The notes: a model not told the origin generated them from the letters alone. Shown: positions 8,449-17,695, counted from the first letter of the stretch. The stretch is 64,000 bases of DNA from an uncultured Holophagales bacterium (GCA_964561935.1 CAZLQX010000002.1:119930-183929), one strand, 5' to 3'. Numbers and translations: made by a program.

Positions 8449-9624
8449 TCAGCCGACCACCTCGAGCGGGCTCGGCTCGCTGCCGGGCTCGCTCCGCTGC
8501 GCGGCCTCGATCGACTCGAAGAGGGCCCGGAAGTTCCCGTAGCCGAACCCCTTGTCCCCTTCGCGCTGGATGACCTCGTAGAAGAAGGGGCCGGCGCGGT
8601 GGTCGCCGTAGAGGGCGCCCGCGTCGAGCATGAAGATCTGGAGCATGTAGCGGTCGTCCTTGCCGTCGACGAGGACGTGGTTCCTCCGGAGCCCGTCCAT
8701 CGGCTCCTTCACGTTCGAGACCTTCACGGACGCGAGGCGGGACGGGAGCCGGTCGTAGTAGGCCGGAGGCGCCTCCAGGAACTTCACGCCGCGATCGCGG
8801 AGGCTCTCGACGGCGGGGAGGATCTCCTTCACGAGGAGGGCGACGTGCTGTACGCCGGCGCCGTGGTGGTCCTCGCAGAAGCGGTTGATCTGACTGTCCC
8901 GGAAGAAGGGGCGCATCGGCTCGTTCGTGGCGAACTTGATCCCGCTCGAAGGGTCGGCCATCACGATCGACCGGAGCCCCGATCCGGTCATCGCACGGCC
9001 CCCGTCGACCTCCGCCGTGTGGAACTCGACGTCCCAGTAGCGGATGAAGCCGAGGACGTCGCGGTACCAGTTGACGACCGGGAGCATCGTCCAGGCGTTC
9101 GACGTGACGTGGTCGATCGTCGCAAAGCCGTGTGGGTTATCGGCCGGCACGCCGTCGCCGACAGGCTCGAAGTCGGGGGCGAACGCCGGGTAGGCGCCGC
9201 GTCGCTCGATGAAACGGAACGTGACGTCGCCGAGCGGCGTCGCGATCGAGAAGGTCCGGAAGTAGCCTCCTCCCTCCTCGTGCGTCTGCACGTCCGTCAG
9301 GAAGGTCGCCCCCCGCGGCTCGAGGAACCTCCAGGCGGCGTCGATGTCGCGAACGCGGAAGGCGAGGGAGGAGACGCCGTCGGGGTGGACGCGCAGCCAG
9401 CGGGCCGCGCGCGAGTCCGGGCGGGCCGGCGTCGAGACGAGGACGCGGACCTGGCCGGCGCCGAAGACGCTCGCCTCCTCGCCCCCCTTCTCCACCTTCG
9501 CCCGGGAAGCGCGGGCGACCTCCGTGAAGCCGAGCGCCTCGGTGTAGAAGCGGCGGCTCCGCTCGAGGTCGCCGACGACGAAATGGAAGCTGTCATACCC
9601 GACGATGCCGAGGTCCTGGCTCAT
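8449..9624 (-). CDS. hppD: 4-hydroxyphenylpyruvate dioxygenase
   Basis: IDHVTSN, SGLRSIVM, IKFATNEP, SQINRF..DHHGAGVQHVAL, YMLQIF, FFYEVIQREGDKGFGYGNFRALFESIE. Confidence 0.95.
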   Translation of the reverse strand: MSQDLGIVGYDSFHFVVGDLERSRRFYTEALGFTEVARASRAKVEKGGEEASVFGAGQVRVLVSTPARPDSRAARWLRVHPDGVSSLAFRVRDIDAAWRFLEPRGATFLTDVQTHEEGGGYFRTFSIATPLGDVTFRFIERRGAYPAFAPDFEPVGDGVPADNPHGFATIDHVTSNAWTMLPVVNWYRDVLGFIRYWDVEFHTAEVDGGRAMTGSGLRSIVMADPSSGIKFATNEPMRPFFRDSQINRFCEDHHGAGVQHVALLVKEILPAVESLRDRGVKFLEAPPAYYDRLPSRLASVKVSNVKEPMDGLRRNHVLVDGKDDRYMLQIFMLDAGALYGDHRAGPFFYEVIQREGDKGFGYGNFRALFESIEAAQRSEPGSEPSPLEVVG

Positions 9625-9631
9625 GAGAAGG

Positions 9632-9637
9632 ATTCTA
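9632..9637 (-). promoter_or_regulatory. -10 box TAGAAT 7 nt before hppD ATG (leaderless promoter candidate)
   Basis: Minus strand reads TAGAAT-ccttctc-ATG; no SD. Confidence 0.55.
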
Positions 9638-9706
9638 GGGTGGATCCCCCGGGGACGGGCGGCGCCCGGGACGGCCGGGCCAACGACGGCCGGCTGCCGG
9701 TGTCCG

Positions 9707-9712
9707 TAGAAT
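9707..9712 (+). promoter_or_regulatory. -10 box TAGAAT 6 nt before xerD GTG (leaderless promoter candidate)
   Basis: TAGAAT-cgggcc-GTG; no SD. Confidence 0.55.
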
Positions 9713-9718
9713 CGGGCC

Positions 9719-10645
9719 GTGGAGGCGCCTCGGCCGGAGTCCGCCCCGAGCGAGTTTTTCCTCCGCGACTTGCCTCTGTTCCTCGACCACCTGGCCGTCG
9801 AGAAGGGGCTCGCGGAGAATTCCCTCGCGGCCTATCGGCGGGACCTCGGGGCTTTCGGGCGGCACCTCGACGCGGAGGGCCTCTCAGCGGCGGACGTCGC
9901 CCGAGAGGACCTCGTCCGGTGGTTCGGGCTCCGGCGGTCGCAGGGAGCCTCGCCCCGCTCCCTCGCGCGCGCGACGTCGGCGCTCCGCGGCCTCTTCCGG
10001 TTCCTGTTCGCCGAGAAGAGGGTCCCCTCCGACCCGACCTCCGGCCTCGAGAACCCGCGCCGCTGGACGACCCTGCCGAAGCTCCTCTCCCGCGCGGACG
10101 TCGAGGCGCTCCTCTCGGCGCCCGACGTCGAGACGCCCCGGGGCCTTCGCGACAAGGCGATGCTCGAGCTCCTCTACGCCTGCGGCGTGCGGGTCTCGGA
10201 GCTCGCGTCCCTGCGGCTCTCGTCGCTCCACCTCGCCGACGGATTCCTCGTCGTGAAGGGGAAGGGTTCGAAAGAACGCGTCGTCCCCGTCGCGGACTCC
10301 TCCGCACGGTGGGTCGCGCGGTGGATCTCGGGCCCACGCGCCGCGAAGGCGGAGGCGATCGCTTCGCCGTTCGTCTTCCCGGGACTCCGGGGGCGCCCCG
10401 TCACCCGGCAGACCGTCTTTCTCGCGCTGAAGGGGGCCGCCCGAAAGGCCGGCCTCGACCCCGAGGCGGTCTCGCCGCACGTCCTGCGTCACTCCTTCGC
10501 GACGCACCTCGTCGACGGCGACGCGGACCTCCGCGCCGTGCAGATGATGCTCGGACACGCGAGCATCGCCACGACGGAGGTCTATACCCACGTCTCCCGC
10601 GCCCGCGCCCGCCGCGTCTACGACCGGAGCCATCCGCGTGCGTAG
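9719..10645 (+). CDS. xerD: Site-specific tyrosine recombinase XerD
   Basis: VEKGLAENSLAAYRRDL, RDKAMLELLYACGVRVSEL, KGKGSKERVVP, SPHVLRHSFATHL..DADLRAVQMMLGHASIATTEVYTHV (R-H-R-H-Y catalytic residues intact). Confidence 0.9.
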   Translation: MEAPRPESAPSEFFLRDLPLFLDHLAVEKGLAENSLAAYRRDLGAFGRHLDAEGLSAADVAREDLVRWFGLRRSQGASPRSLARATSALRGLFRFLFAEKRVPSDPTSGLENPRRWTTLPKLLSRADVEALLSAPDVETPRGLRDKAMLELLYACGVRVSELASLRLSSLHLADGFLVVKGKGSKERVVPVADSSARWVARWISGPRAAKAEAIASPFVFPGLRGRPVTRQTVFLALKGAARKAGLDPEAVSPHVLRHSFATHLVDGDADLRAVQMMLGHASIATTEVYTHVSRARARRVYDRSHPRA

Positions 10646-11330
10646 CCTCGCCCGGCTCCTGCTCGCTCTCCTCCTCGCGTCCGCTCCGGCGCGGGGCGCC
10701 CTCGTCGTCCTCGAGGAGGGGCGGCATCTCAAGGTGACCGCCTTCGAGCTCGTCGGGGGGGACCGGATCCGGGTCGTCCTTCTCGGTGGAGGAGAGATGA
10801 CTCTGCCGATCGAGAGGGTCGAGCGGATCGTGGACGACGAGATCGACCCGTCCGCCCTCGAGCCGCCGAAGGCGCCCGCGCCGCCGGCTGCGGGGCCGCG
10901 TCCGTCCGTCCGGGCCGTCTCGGGACGTCCGCACGGCGCGCCCGCGCGATGGGCAGCCCTCGTCGAGTCGGCTGCCGAGGCGCATCGCCTCGACCCCGCC
11001 CTCGTGGCCGCCGTGATCCGAGTGGAGTCCGCGTGGAAGCCGCGGGCCGTCTCTCCGAAGGGGGCCCGGGGCCTGATGCAGCTCATGCCGGCCACGGCGA
11101 AGAGGTTGGGCGTGAAGAGAGCGTTCGACCCCGCCCAGAACGTCCGCGGAGGGGCGCTCTACCTTTCGCGCCTCGCGGAACGCTTCGGCGAGCGGGAGCC
11201 GGAGAAGATCCTCGCCGCCTACAACGCCGGCGAGGAGGCGGTCGAGACCCACGGCGGGATCCCGCCCTACCGCGAGACGCGGGAGTACGTCCGGAAGGTC
11301 ATGGCGCTCTGGACGGGCGCGGCTTCCTGA
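10638..11330 (+). CDS. Lytic transglycosylase (SLT domain), secreted
   Basis: Signal peptide; AVIRVESAW, SPKGARGLMQLMP, LAAYNAGE, PPYRETREYVRKV; overlaps xerD stop by 8 nt. Confidence 0.9.
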   Translation: MRSLARLLLALLLASAPARGALVVLEEGRHLKVTAFELVGGDRIRVVLLGGGEMTLPIERVERIVDDEIDPSALEPPKAPAPPAAGPRPSVRAVSGRPHGAPARWAALVESAAEAHRLDPALVAAVIRVESAWKPRAVSPKGARGLMQLMPATAKRLGVKRAFDPAQNVRGGALYLSRLAERFGEREPEKILAAYNAGEEAVETHGGIPPYRETREYVRKVMALWTGAAS

Positions 11331-11338
11331 CCGGCCCC

Positions 11339-11344
11339 TATACT
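11339..11344 (+). promoter_or_regulatory. -10 box TATACT 6 nt before GTG 11351 (leaderless promoter candidate)
   Basis: TATACT-cgcccc-GTG. Confidence 0.5.
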
Positions 11345-11350
11345 CGCCCC

Positions 11351-11911
11351 GTGTTCCGGACCGCCCGCGGTTTCCTCGTGCTCGCGCCTCCCGCGTTCGT
11401 CGCCGGGCTCCTCGCGTTCCTCTCGGCGAGGCCCCGTGCCGTGACGACGTTCGTCGTCTATCCGTTCCTCGCAGACGTCCTCGGGTCCGGGCTTCCGCGC
11501 TCGCACGCCGCGCGTTTCGTCGTCGTCGCGACGCTCTTCTTCGTCGTCCCGTATCTCATCGCCGGTGTCCTCGTCTTCCTCGCCGATGTCGGTGCCTCGG
11601 CGTTCGCCTCCCTCTGGAGACGCGACCGCCGGGCTCCTGCGGCGGAAACGAGGCCCCGGATCCTCTCGCCGGAGTCGTTCGCGACCCTCGTCGCGGGCTC
11701 GATCCTCCTTGCCGCCGTCGCGGGGCTGAAGCTCCCGGGCGTCGCGCACGGAGGCGAGCTCCCGGGGGGCGTGAACGTCGCCCCGGCATTCGTCGCGGCG
11801 ATCCCGTTCGCCGCGCTCGGAGGAGGAGTCCTCCTCGCGGCCCTCGCGTCGGTGCCGCGCGCCGTCGCGCGGGCCGTACGGCGGGGGGAGGGGCCGGAGC
11901 GCGGGCTATGA
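11351..11911 (+). CDS. Hypothetical multi-pass membrane protein
   Basis: Three or four hydrophobic segments in the 3' part of ORF 10949..11911; fills the slt-guaA gap; start chosen by the -10 box. Confidence 0.6.
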   Translation: MFRTARGFLVLAPPAFVAGLLAFLSARPRAVTTFVVYPFLADVLGSGLPRSHAARFVVVATLFFVVPYLIAGVLVFLADVGASAFASLWRRDRRAPAAETRPRILSPESFATLVAGSILLAAVAGLKLPGVAHGGELPGGVNVAPAFVAAIPFAALGGGVLLAALASVPRAVARAVRRGEGPERGL

Positions 11912-11912
11912 T
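11907..11912 (+). promoter_or_regulatory. -10 box TATGAT 6 nt before guaA GTG (leaderless promoter candidate)
   Basis: TATGAT-cgcggc-GTG; no SD. Confidence 0.55.
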
Positions 11913-11918
11913 CGCGGC

Positions 11919-13460
11919 GTGACGCCGCCTGCTTTCGACACCGTCGTCGTCCTCGACTTCGGTTCCCAGTACACGCAGCTCATCGCCCGCCGGATTCGCG
12001 AAGCGCGGGTCCGCTCCGTCGTCCTGCCGTTCTCGACGCCCGCGGCCGAGATCGCCGCCCTCGGGCCGAAGGGAATCGTCCTCTCCGGGGGGCCCTCGAG
12101 CGTCTACGACGCGGGCGCTCCACGGGGCGACGACGGGGTCTTCGAGCTCGGCGTCCCCGTCCTCGGTCTCTGCTACGGGATGCAGCTCATGGCCCTCCGC
12201 GCCGGCGGCCGGGTCGGTCGGGCGGCCGGCCGCGAATACGGGCGGGCCGCCGTCGACGTCGCCGGGGGGCGGCTCCTGCGGGGCCTGGGGCCGTCGGAGA
12301 CGGTGTGGATGAGCCACGGCGACCACGTCGAGGCCGTCCCCGAGGGGTTCACGGTCACGGCCCGGACGACGAACGCCCCCGTCGCCGCCTTCGAGGACGT
12401 CGAGCGCGGGCACTACGGACTCCAGTTCCATCCCGAGGTCCACCACACCGAGCACGGCGCCGCGATCCTGGAGTCGTACCTCCGCGACGTCTGCGGCTGC
12501 GCGCCGACCTGGACGATGGCGGGCTTCCGGACGTCGGCCGTCGAGAAGGTCCGCGAGACCGTGACCGAGGGCGTCGTCCTCGGCGCGCTTTCCGGGGGCG
12601 TCGACTCGACGGTCGCGGCGGTCCTGATCCGCGAGGCGGTCGGGGAACGGTTCCGGGGCGTCTTCGTCGACACCGGGCTCCTCCGGAAGGACGAGGGGCG
12701 CCACGTTCTCGAGGCGTTTCGGCACCTCGGTCTCCCCGTCGCCGGGGTCGACGCGTCGGACCGCTTCTTCGCGGCCCTCGCCTCCGTCGAGGATCCCGAG
12801 CGGAAGCGGAAGATCATCGGCGGGCTCTTCATCGACGTCTTCACCGAGAACGCGAAGGTCGTCGACGGCGCGGCCTGGCTGGCGCAGGGGACGCTCTACC
12901 CGGACGTGATCGAGTCCGTCTCGATCCACGGCCCGTCGGCGGTCATCAAGACCCACCACAACGTCGGGGGCCTCCCCGAGAAGCTCGGGTTCCGTCTCGT
13001 CGAGCCGCTGCGGGAGCTCTTCAAGGACGAGGTCCGTCGACTCGGCGAGGAGCTCGGGATCCCGCGCGACATGCTCTATCGGCACCCCTTTCCGGGACCG
13101 GGCCTGGCGGTCCGGATCCCGGGCGCGATCACCCGCGAGCGGGTCCGCATCCTCCAGGAGGCGGACGCCGTCTTCATGGAGGAGCTCCGGGCCTCGGGCG
13201 ACTACGACCGGACCGCCCAGGCCTTCGCCGTCCTCCTGCCCGTCCGCTCGGTGGGCGTCATGGGAGACGGCCGGACCTACGAGAACGTCGTGGCGCTCCG
13301 GGCCGTCACGACCGTCGACTTCATGACCGCGGACTGGGCGCGACTCCCGCACGACCTTCTCGACCGGGTCGCGCGGCGCGTCGTCGGCGAGGTCCGGGGC
13401 GTGAACCGCGTCGTCTACGACGTCACCTCGAAGCCGCCCGCGACGATCGAGTGGGAGTGA
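11919..13460 (+). CDS. guaA: GMP synthase (glutamine-hydrolysing)
   Basis: LDFGSQYTQLIARRIRE, LGLCYGMQL, WMSHGD, LQFHPEV, LSGGVDS, QGTLYPDVIES, IKTHHNVGGLP, RHPFPGPGL, VYDVTSKPPATIEWE. Confidence 0.98.
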   Translation: MTPPAFDTVVVLDFGSQYTQLIARRIREARVRSVVLPFSTPAAEIAALGPKGIVLSGGPSSVYDAGAPRGDDGVFELGVPVLGLCYGMQLMALRAGGRVGRAAGREYGRAAVDVAGGRLLRGLGPSETVWMSHGDHVEAVPEGFTVTARTTNAPVAAFEDVERGHYGLQFHPEVHHTEHGAAILESYLRDVCGCAPTWTMAGFRTSAVEKVRETVTEGVVLGALSGGVDSTVAAVLIREAVGERFRGVFVDTGLLRKDEGRHVLEAFRHLGLPVAGVDASDRFFAALASVEDPERKRKIIGGLFIDVFTENAKVVDGAAWLAQGTLYPDVIESVSIHGPSAVIKTHHNVGGLPEKLGFRLVEPLRELFKDEVRRLGEELGIPRDMLYRHPFPGPGLAVRIPGAITRERVRILQEADAVFMEELRASGDYDRTAQAFAVLLPVRSVGVMGDGRTYENVVALRAVTTVDFMTADWARLPHDLLDRVARRVVGEVRGVNRVVYDVTSKPPATIEWE

Positions 13461-13461
13461 G

Positions 13462-13487
13462 GGCCGTCCGGACGCGCCCGGACGGCC
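13462..13487 (+). terminator. 10-bp hairpin immediately after guaA
   Basis: ggccgtccgg-acgcgc-ccggacggcc; no U-tract. Confidence 0.45.
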
Positions 13488-13491
13488 GGAG

Positions 13492-13520
13492 TTGACATCC
13501 GGCCGTCGGCGTGTTGTCCT
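13492..13520 (+). promoter_or_regulatory. sigma70-type promoter for the RRM gene
   Basis: Perfect -35 TTGACA (13492-13497), 17-nt spacer, extended TG plus weak -10 TGTCCT (13515-13520). Confidence 0.55.
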
Positions 13521-13649
13521 GTTCACGATCCGTTCCGTCTCCGACCGGCGGTGAGGACGGTGACGATGTCTCCCCGTCGGCCCGAATTCGCGCCGACCCC
13601 GCAGAACCGCTCGCTCCGGCGCGCGACGAACAAGGAACCCGAGATCGAG

Positions 13650-13997
13650 ATGAAGCTCTACGTCGGAAACCTCCCCTACACGATCGATGACAACTCCCTC
13701 CGCGGCCTCTTCGAGGGCTTCGGCGAGGTCCATTCCGCGCGCGTCGTGACGGACCGCGACTCGGGCCAGTCGAAGGGCTTCGGCTTCGTCGAGATGAACG
13801 ACGGCGAGGCTCAGAGCGCCATGAGCGCGTTGAACGGACAGGAGCAAGGCGGGCGGACGCTCCGCGTGAACGAAGCCCGTCCGCAGGAAGCGCGGACCGG
13901 CGGCGGCGGCGGGGGCCGGGGCGGCTACGGCGGCGGCGGGGGCCGGGGCGGTTACGGCGGCGGCGGCGGCTACGGCGGCGGCCGCGGCCGCTACTGA
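13650..13997 (+). CDS. RRM RNA-binding protein with Gly/Arg/Tyr-rich tail
   Basis: RNP2 KLYVGNLPY, RNP1 KGFGFVEM, GRTLRVNEARP, C-terminal GGGGGRGGYGGGGGRGGY repeats. Confidence 0.93.
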   Translation: MKLYVGNLPYTIDDNSLRGLFEGFGEVHSARVVTDRDSGQSKGFGFVEMNDGEAQSAMSALNGQEQGGRTLRVNEARPQEARTGGGGGGRGGYGGGGGRGGYGGGGGYGGGRGRY

Positions 13998-14023
13998 GCC
14001 AGGAAACGCCCTTCGAACCGGAC

Positions 14024-14056
14024 GGGCACGGTACGGCAGGACGCCGTGCCGTGCCC
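14024..14056 (+). terminator. 14-bp hairpin after the RRM gene
   Basis: gggcacggtacggc-aggac-gccgtgccgtgccc (one G-U pair). Confidence 0.5.
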
Positions 14057-14140
14057 TCGTCGTCGTCTCCCGTCGGGATCTCCGCGGCCGTGAGGCGGCC
14101 CGCGGCGTGTGACACGTCGCAGGTCCCCGGCGGGGGACTC

Positions 14141-14146
14141 TAGAAT
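14141..14146 (+). promoter_or_regulatory. -10 box TAGAAT 9 nt before dnaE ATG
   Basis: TAGAAT-ccgaccggc-ATG; no SD. Confidence 0.5.
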
Positions 14147-14155
14147 CCGACCGGC

Positions 14156-17100
14156 ATGCCCTCCGACTTCGTCCACCTCCACCTTCACACGCAATACTCC
14201 CTCCTCGACGGCGCGAACCGGACGAAGGACCTCATCCGGCACGTCAAGGCCCAGGGCATGGACTCCGTGGCCGTCACCGACCACGGGAACATGTTCGGGG
14301 CGTTCGAGATCCAGACGGAGGCGCTGGACGCGGGTCTCAAGCCGATCCTCGGGGTCGAGGCCTACATCGCCCCCGGCTCGCGGCACGACCGAGAGGCCGT
14401 GAAGACGGTCGACGGCGAGGGGAACAGCTACCACCTCACCCTGCTCGCCGAGAGCCCGGAGGGGTATCGCAACCTCTCCTACCTCGTCTCCGAGGCCTTC
14501 CTGAGCGGTTTCTACTACAAACCCCGGATGGACTGGGAGCTGCTCGAGAAGCACCACGAGGGGCTCATCGCCCTCTCCGGCTGCGTCAAGTCCGAGGTCT
14601 CCCAGCGCCTCCTCGCCGGCGACTTCGCGGGCGCGAAGCAGACGGCGCTGAAGTACCAGGCGCTCTTCGGGAAGGACCGCTACTACATCGAGCTGATGGA
14701 CCACGGTCTCCCGATCCAGCGACAGCTCATGCCGGACCTCCTCCGCCTCTCGCGGGAGACGGGCATCCCGGTCGTCGCGACGAACGACGCGCACTACCTG
14801 CGGCGGGTCGACGCCGAGGCGCAGGACGTCCTCCTCTGCATCGGGATGGGGAAGACCGTCCAGGACGCCAAGCGGATGAAGTTCTACAACTCGGAGTTCT
14901 TCGTGAAGAACCCCGGGGAGATGCGCGAAGCGTTCCTGGAGTGGTCCCTCGAGGCCGTGAAGAACTCGGCGGCCGTCGCGGACCGCGTCGCGCCGAAGGT
15001 CATCCTCGACACGGGCTACAAGATCCCGACGTTCCCGCTCCCCGAGGAGGCCGGCGGGCCCGACGAGTACCTCGCGGAGCTCGCCCGTGCGGGTCTCGAA
15101 GCGCGCCTCGCGCCCATCGCCGCTCTCCTCGCCGCCGGCCGGACGAAGCACCCCAGGAAAGACTACGACGAACGGCTCGAGTGGGAGCTCGGCGTCATCC
15201 GGAAGCTGGGGTTCTCGGCCTACTTCCTGATCGTCTGGGACTTCATCAAGTACGCGAAGGACAACGGCATCCCCGTCGGCCCGGGGCGGGGGAGCGCCGC
15301 CGGCTCGCTCGTGGCGTGGACGCTCGGGATCACGGACGTCGACCCGCTCCGCTACGACCTCCTCTTCGAGCGGTTCCTGAACCCCGACCGGGTCTCGATG
15401 CCCGACATCGACGTCGACCTCTGCGAGCGCCGCCGGGGTGAGGTCATCGAGTACGTCCGGCACAAGTACGGACGGGAGAACGTCGGCCAGATCATCACGT
15501 TCAACTCGATGAAGGCCCGCGCCGTGATCCGCGACGTCGGGCGGGCGCTCGACGTCCCCCTCGCGGAGGTGAACAAGCTCTGTTCGATGATCCCGGCGAA
15601 CCCGGGAAAGCCGACGACGCTCGCCGACGCCCGGAAGGGCGTGAAGGAGCTCGCGGACACGCTCGAGGGGAACGAGGGCTACCGGCGGCTCTTCGACCTC
15701 GCCGAGCGGCTCGAGGGAGTCTCGCGGCACGCGGGCGTCCACGCGGCCGGCGTCCTCATCGCACCGCGTCCGCTCGTCGAGTACCTGCCGCTCTACAAGA
15801 ACAACAACGACGAGATCACGACGCAGTTCGAGATGAAGTCCGTGGAGAAGATGAAGCTCCTCAAGATGGACTTCCTCGGGCTCATCACGCTCACGATCCT
15901 CGACGACGCGGTCCGCTCCGCGGAGAAGAGGACGGGGAGGCGAGTCGACCTGTCGGCGATCCCGCTGAACGACCCGGAGGTCTTCCGCCTCTTCTCCGAG
16001 GGACGGACGGACGGGATCTTCCAGTTCGAGTCGTCGGGGATGCGGGACCTCCTGCGACGTGTCCAGCCGAGCGTCTTCAGCGACCTCGCCGCGCTGAACG
16101 CCCTCTACCGCCCGGGCGCGCTCGACGCCGGGACCGTCGAGGTCTACATCGAGCGGCGCCGCGGTAAGAAATTCGACTACCCGCTTCCGCAGCTCGAGGA
16201 GATCCTGAAGGACACCTACGGGGTCCTCGTCTACCAGGAGCAGGTCATGCTCGCGGCCCGAGCCGTCGCGGGGTACACCCCGGGCGAGGCGGACCTCCTC
16301 CGGAAGGCGATCGGCAAGAAGGACGAGAACGCCCTGAAGGCCGAGGGCGAGAAGTTCATCAGGAAGGCCGTCGCGAGCGGGGTGCCCCGGAAGAAGGCTG
16401 AGGAGCTCTGGGAGCTGATCCTCCCGTTCGGCCGCTACGGCTTCAACAAGTCGCACTCGGTCGTCTACGCGCTCCTGGCCTACCGCACGGCGTGGATGAA
16501 GGTCCACTACCCGGTCGACTTCATGGCCGCCACGCTCACGGCCGCCTCGGGGAAGTCCGAGGACGTCGTCAAGTACGTGAACGCTTGCCGGGAGATGAAG
16601 ATCCCGGTCCTCCCGCCCGACGTGAACTCCTCGCAGCTCTCGTTCGCCCCGGACGGGGAGGCGATCCGCTTCGGGCTCGGCGCCGTGAAGGGCGTCGGCG
16701 AGGGGGCGGTGAACTCCGTCCTCGAGGCGCGCGCCGCCGACGGCCCGTTCGCGTCCCTCACGGACTTCTGCTGCCGCGTCGACGTGAGGCTGAACAACCG
16801 GAAGGTCGTCGAGGCGCTCATCCGTTCCGGCTCGTTCGACGCGCTCGGGAAGTCGAGGGCCGCCCTCGCCGCGGGCGTCGACTCCGCGATGGAGGTCGCC
16901 GTCGCGGAGAGGAAGTCGAGGGAGTCGGGCCAGGGGGGGCTCTTCGCCGACGAGGCGGCCTCCGATCACGCGGACCGTTTCCCGGACCTTGCGGAGTGGT
17001 CGCCCGACGAGAGGATCCGGTACGAGAAGGAGACCCTCGGCTTCTACATCACCGGGCATCCGCTCGCGCGCTTCGAGGAAGAGATCGGGCTCTTCGGCGA

Positions 17101-17695
17101 CGTCACCGCGGAGCGCGCCGCCGAGCGGGTCGACCAGAGCGTGAAGATCGTCGCCCTCCTCGCATCGCTCAAGAAGACGCAGATCAAGAAGGGGCAGAAC
17201 GAGGGGAAGATGATGGCGAAGGGGGTCCTCGAGGACCTCACGGGGTCGGTTCCCGTCACGATCTTCGCCTCGCTCCTGGAGCGCGTCGGCTCGTGGCTCG
17301 CCGAGGGACAGCCCGTTCTCGTGACCGGCGTCGTCCGCTCCTCGGCGTCGCCGGGGAGTCCTGAGCCGGAAGCCGAGGGCGCCCCCGTCCCCGTCGAGAT
17401 CATCGCCCGCGAGATTCAGCCCCTCGAGGGGATGCGGGAGGCCTCCGCGACGGGGGTCCGACTGCTGACGCCCGTTCCGGGGACGCTCGACGAGACGCTC
17501 GCGTCCGTGAGGGAGGTCCTCGAGTCTTCTCCCGGCTCCGTTCCCGTCTCGCTCGAGGTCCGTCGGGCCGGGCATTGGGAGGTCCGGGTCCGCGCCGCGG
17601 GCCGGCTCGCCGTCCGTCCGACGCCGGAGCTCACGCGCGGCCTGGAGCGCCTCCTCGGGCCGGGCTCCGTCCGGTACGACTACTCCCGTTCGTGA
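14156..17695 (+). CDS. dnaE: DNA polymerase III alpha subunit
   Basis: PHP FVHLHLHTQYSLLDGA, TDHGNMFG, VATNDAHY, GPGRGSAAGS, FERFLNPDRVSMPDIDVD, HAAGV, KMDFLGL, YGFNKSHS, OB-fold C-terminus. Confidence 0.98.
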   Translation: MPSDFVHLHLHTQYSLLDGANRTKDLIRHVKAQGMDSVAVTDHGNMFGAFEIQTEALDAGLKPILGVEAYIAPGSRHDREAVKTVDGEGNSYHLTLLAESPEGYRNLSYLVSEAFLSGFYYKPRMDWELLEKHHEGLIALSGCVKSEVSQRLLAGDFAGAKQTALKYQALFGKDRYYIELMDHGLPIQRQLMPDLLRLSRETGIPVVATNDAHYLRRVDAEAQDVLLCIGMGKTVQDAKRMKFYNSEFFVKNPGEMREAFLEWSLEAVKNSAAVADRVAPKVILDTGYKIPTFPLPEEAGGPDEYLAELARAGLEARLAPIAALLAAGRTKHPRKDYDERLEWELGVIRKLGFSAYFLIVWDFIKYAKDNGIPVGPGRGSAAGSLVAWTLGITDVDPLRYDLLFERFLNPDRVSMPDIDVDLCERRRGEVIEYVRHKYGRENVGQIITFNSMKARAVIRDVGRALDVPLAEVNKLCSMIPANPGKPTTLADARKGVKELADTLEGNEGYRRLFDLAERLEGVSRHAGVHAAGVLIAPRPLVEYLPLYKNNNDEITTQFEMKSVEKMKLLKMDFLGLITLTILDDAVRSAEKRTGRRVDLSAIPLNDPEVFRLFSEGRTDGIFQFESSGMRDLLRRVQPSVFSDLAALNALYRPGALDAGTVEVYIERRRGKKFDYPLPQLEEILKDTYGVLVYQEQVMLAARAVAGYTPGEADLLRKAIGKKDENALKAEGEKFIRKAVASGVPRKKAEELWELILPFGRYGFNKSHSVVYALLAYRTAWMKVHYPVDFMAATLTAASGKSEDVVKYVNACREMKIPVLPPDVNSSQLSFAPDGEAIRFGLGAVKGVGEGAVNSVLEARAADGPFASLTDFCCRVDVRLNNRKVVEALIRSGSFDALGKSRAALAAGVDSAMEVAVAERKSRESGQGGLFADEAASDHADRFPDLAEWSPDERIRYEKETLGFYITGHPLARFEEEIGLFGDVTAERAAERVDQSVKIVALLASLKKTQIKKGQNEGKMMAKGVLEDLTGSVPVTIFASLLERVGSWLAEGQPVLVTGVVRSSASPGSPEPEAEGAPVPVEIIAREIQPLEGMREASATGVRLLTPVPGTLDETLASVREVLESSPGSVPVSLEVRRAGHWEVRVRAAGRLAVRPTPELTRGLERLLGPGSVRYDYSRS

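Noticed and set aside
9719-10645. Tyrosine recombinase as a prophage or island integrase
   Set aside because: Its length and motifs match housekeeping XerD, codon usage is native, and no tRNA, att site or mobile cargo flanks it.
13899-13994. GGC-rich tandem repeats as a CRISPR array or VNTR
   Set aside because: They are coding repeats for the Gly/Arg/Tyr tail of the RRM protein, with no repeat-spacer structure. No CRISPR array or cas gene was seen anywhere in the window.
14109-14146. GTGACA as the -35 partner of the dnaE TAGAAT
   Set aside because: The spacing is 26 nt, incompatible with sigma70 geometry.
13991-17575. Very long antisense or alternate-frame ORFs (for example 13991..17575-, 51267..54332+, 40600..43245+, 904..2802-, 213..2195+)
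   Set aside because: Shadow ORFs typical of very GC-rich DNA. They overlap well-supported genes and encode R/P/G/A-rich or mirror-image sequence with no domain motifs.
14156-17695. Intein or frameshift in dnaE
   Set aside because: The protein has normal DnaE length (1179 aa) with continuous motifs and no Cys-start or His-Asn-end insertion.
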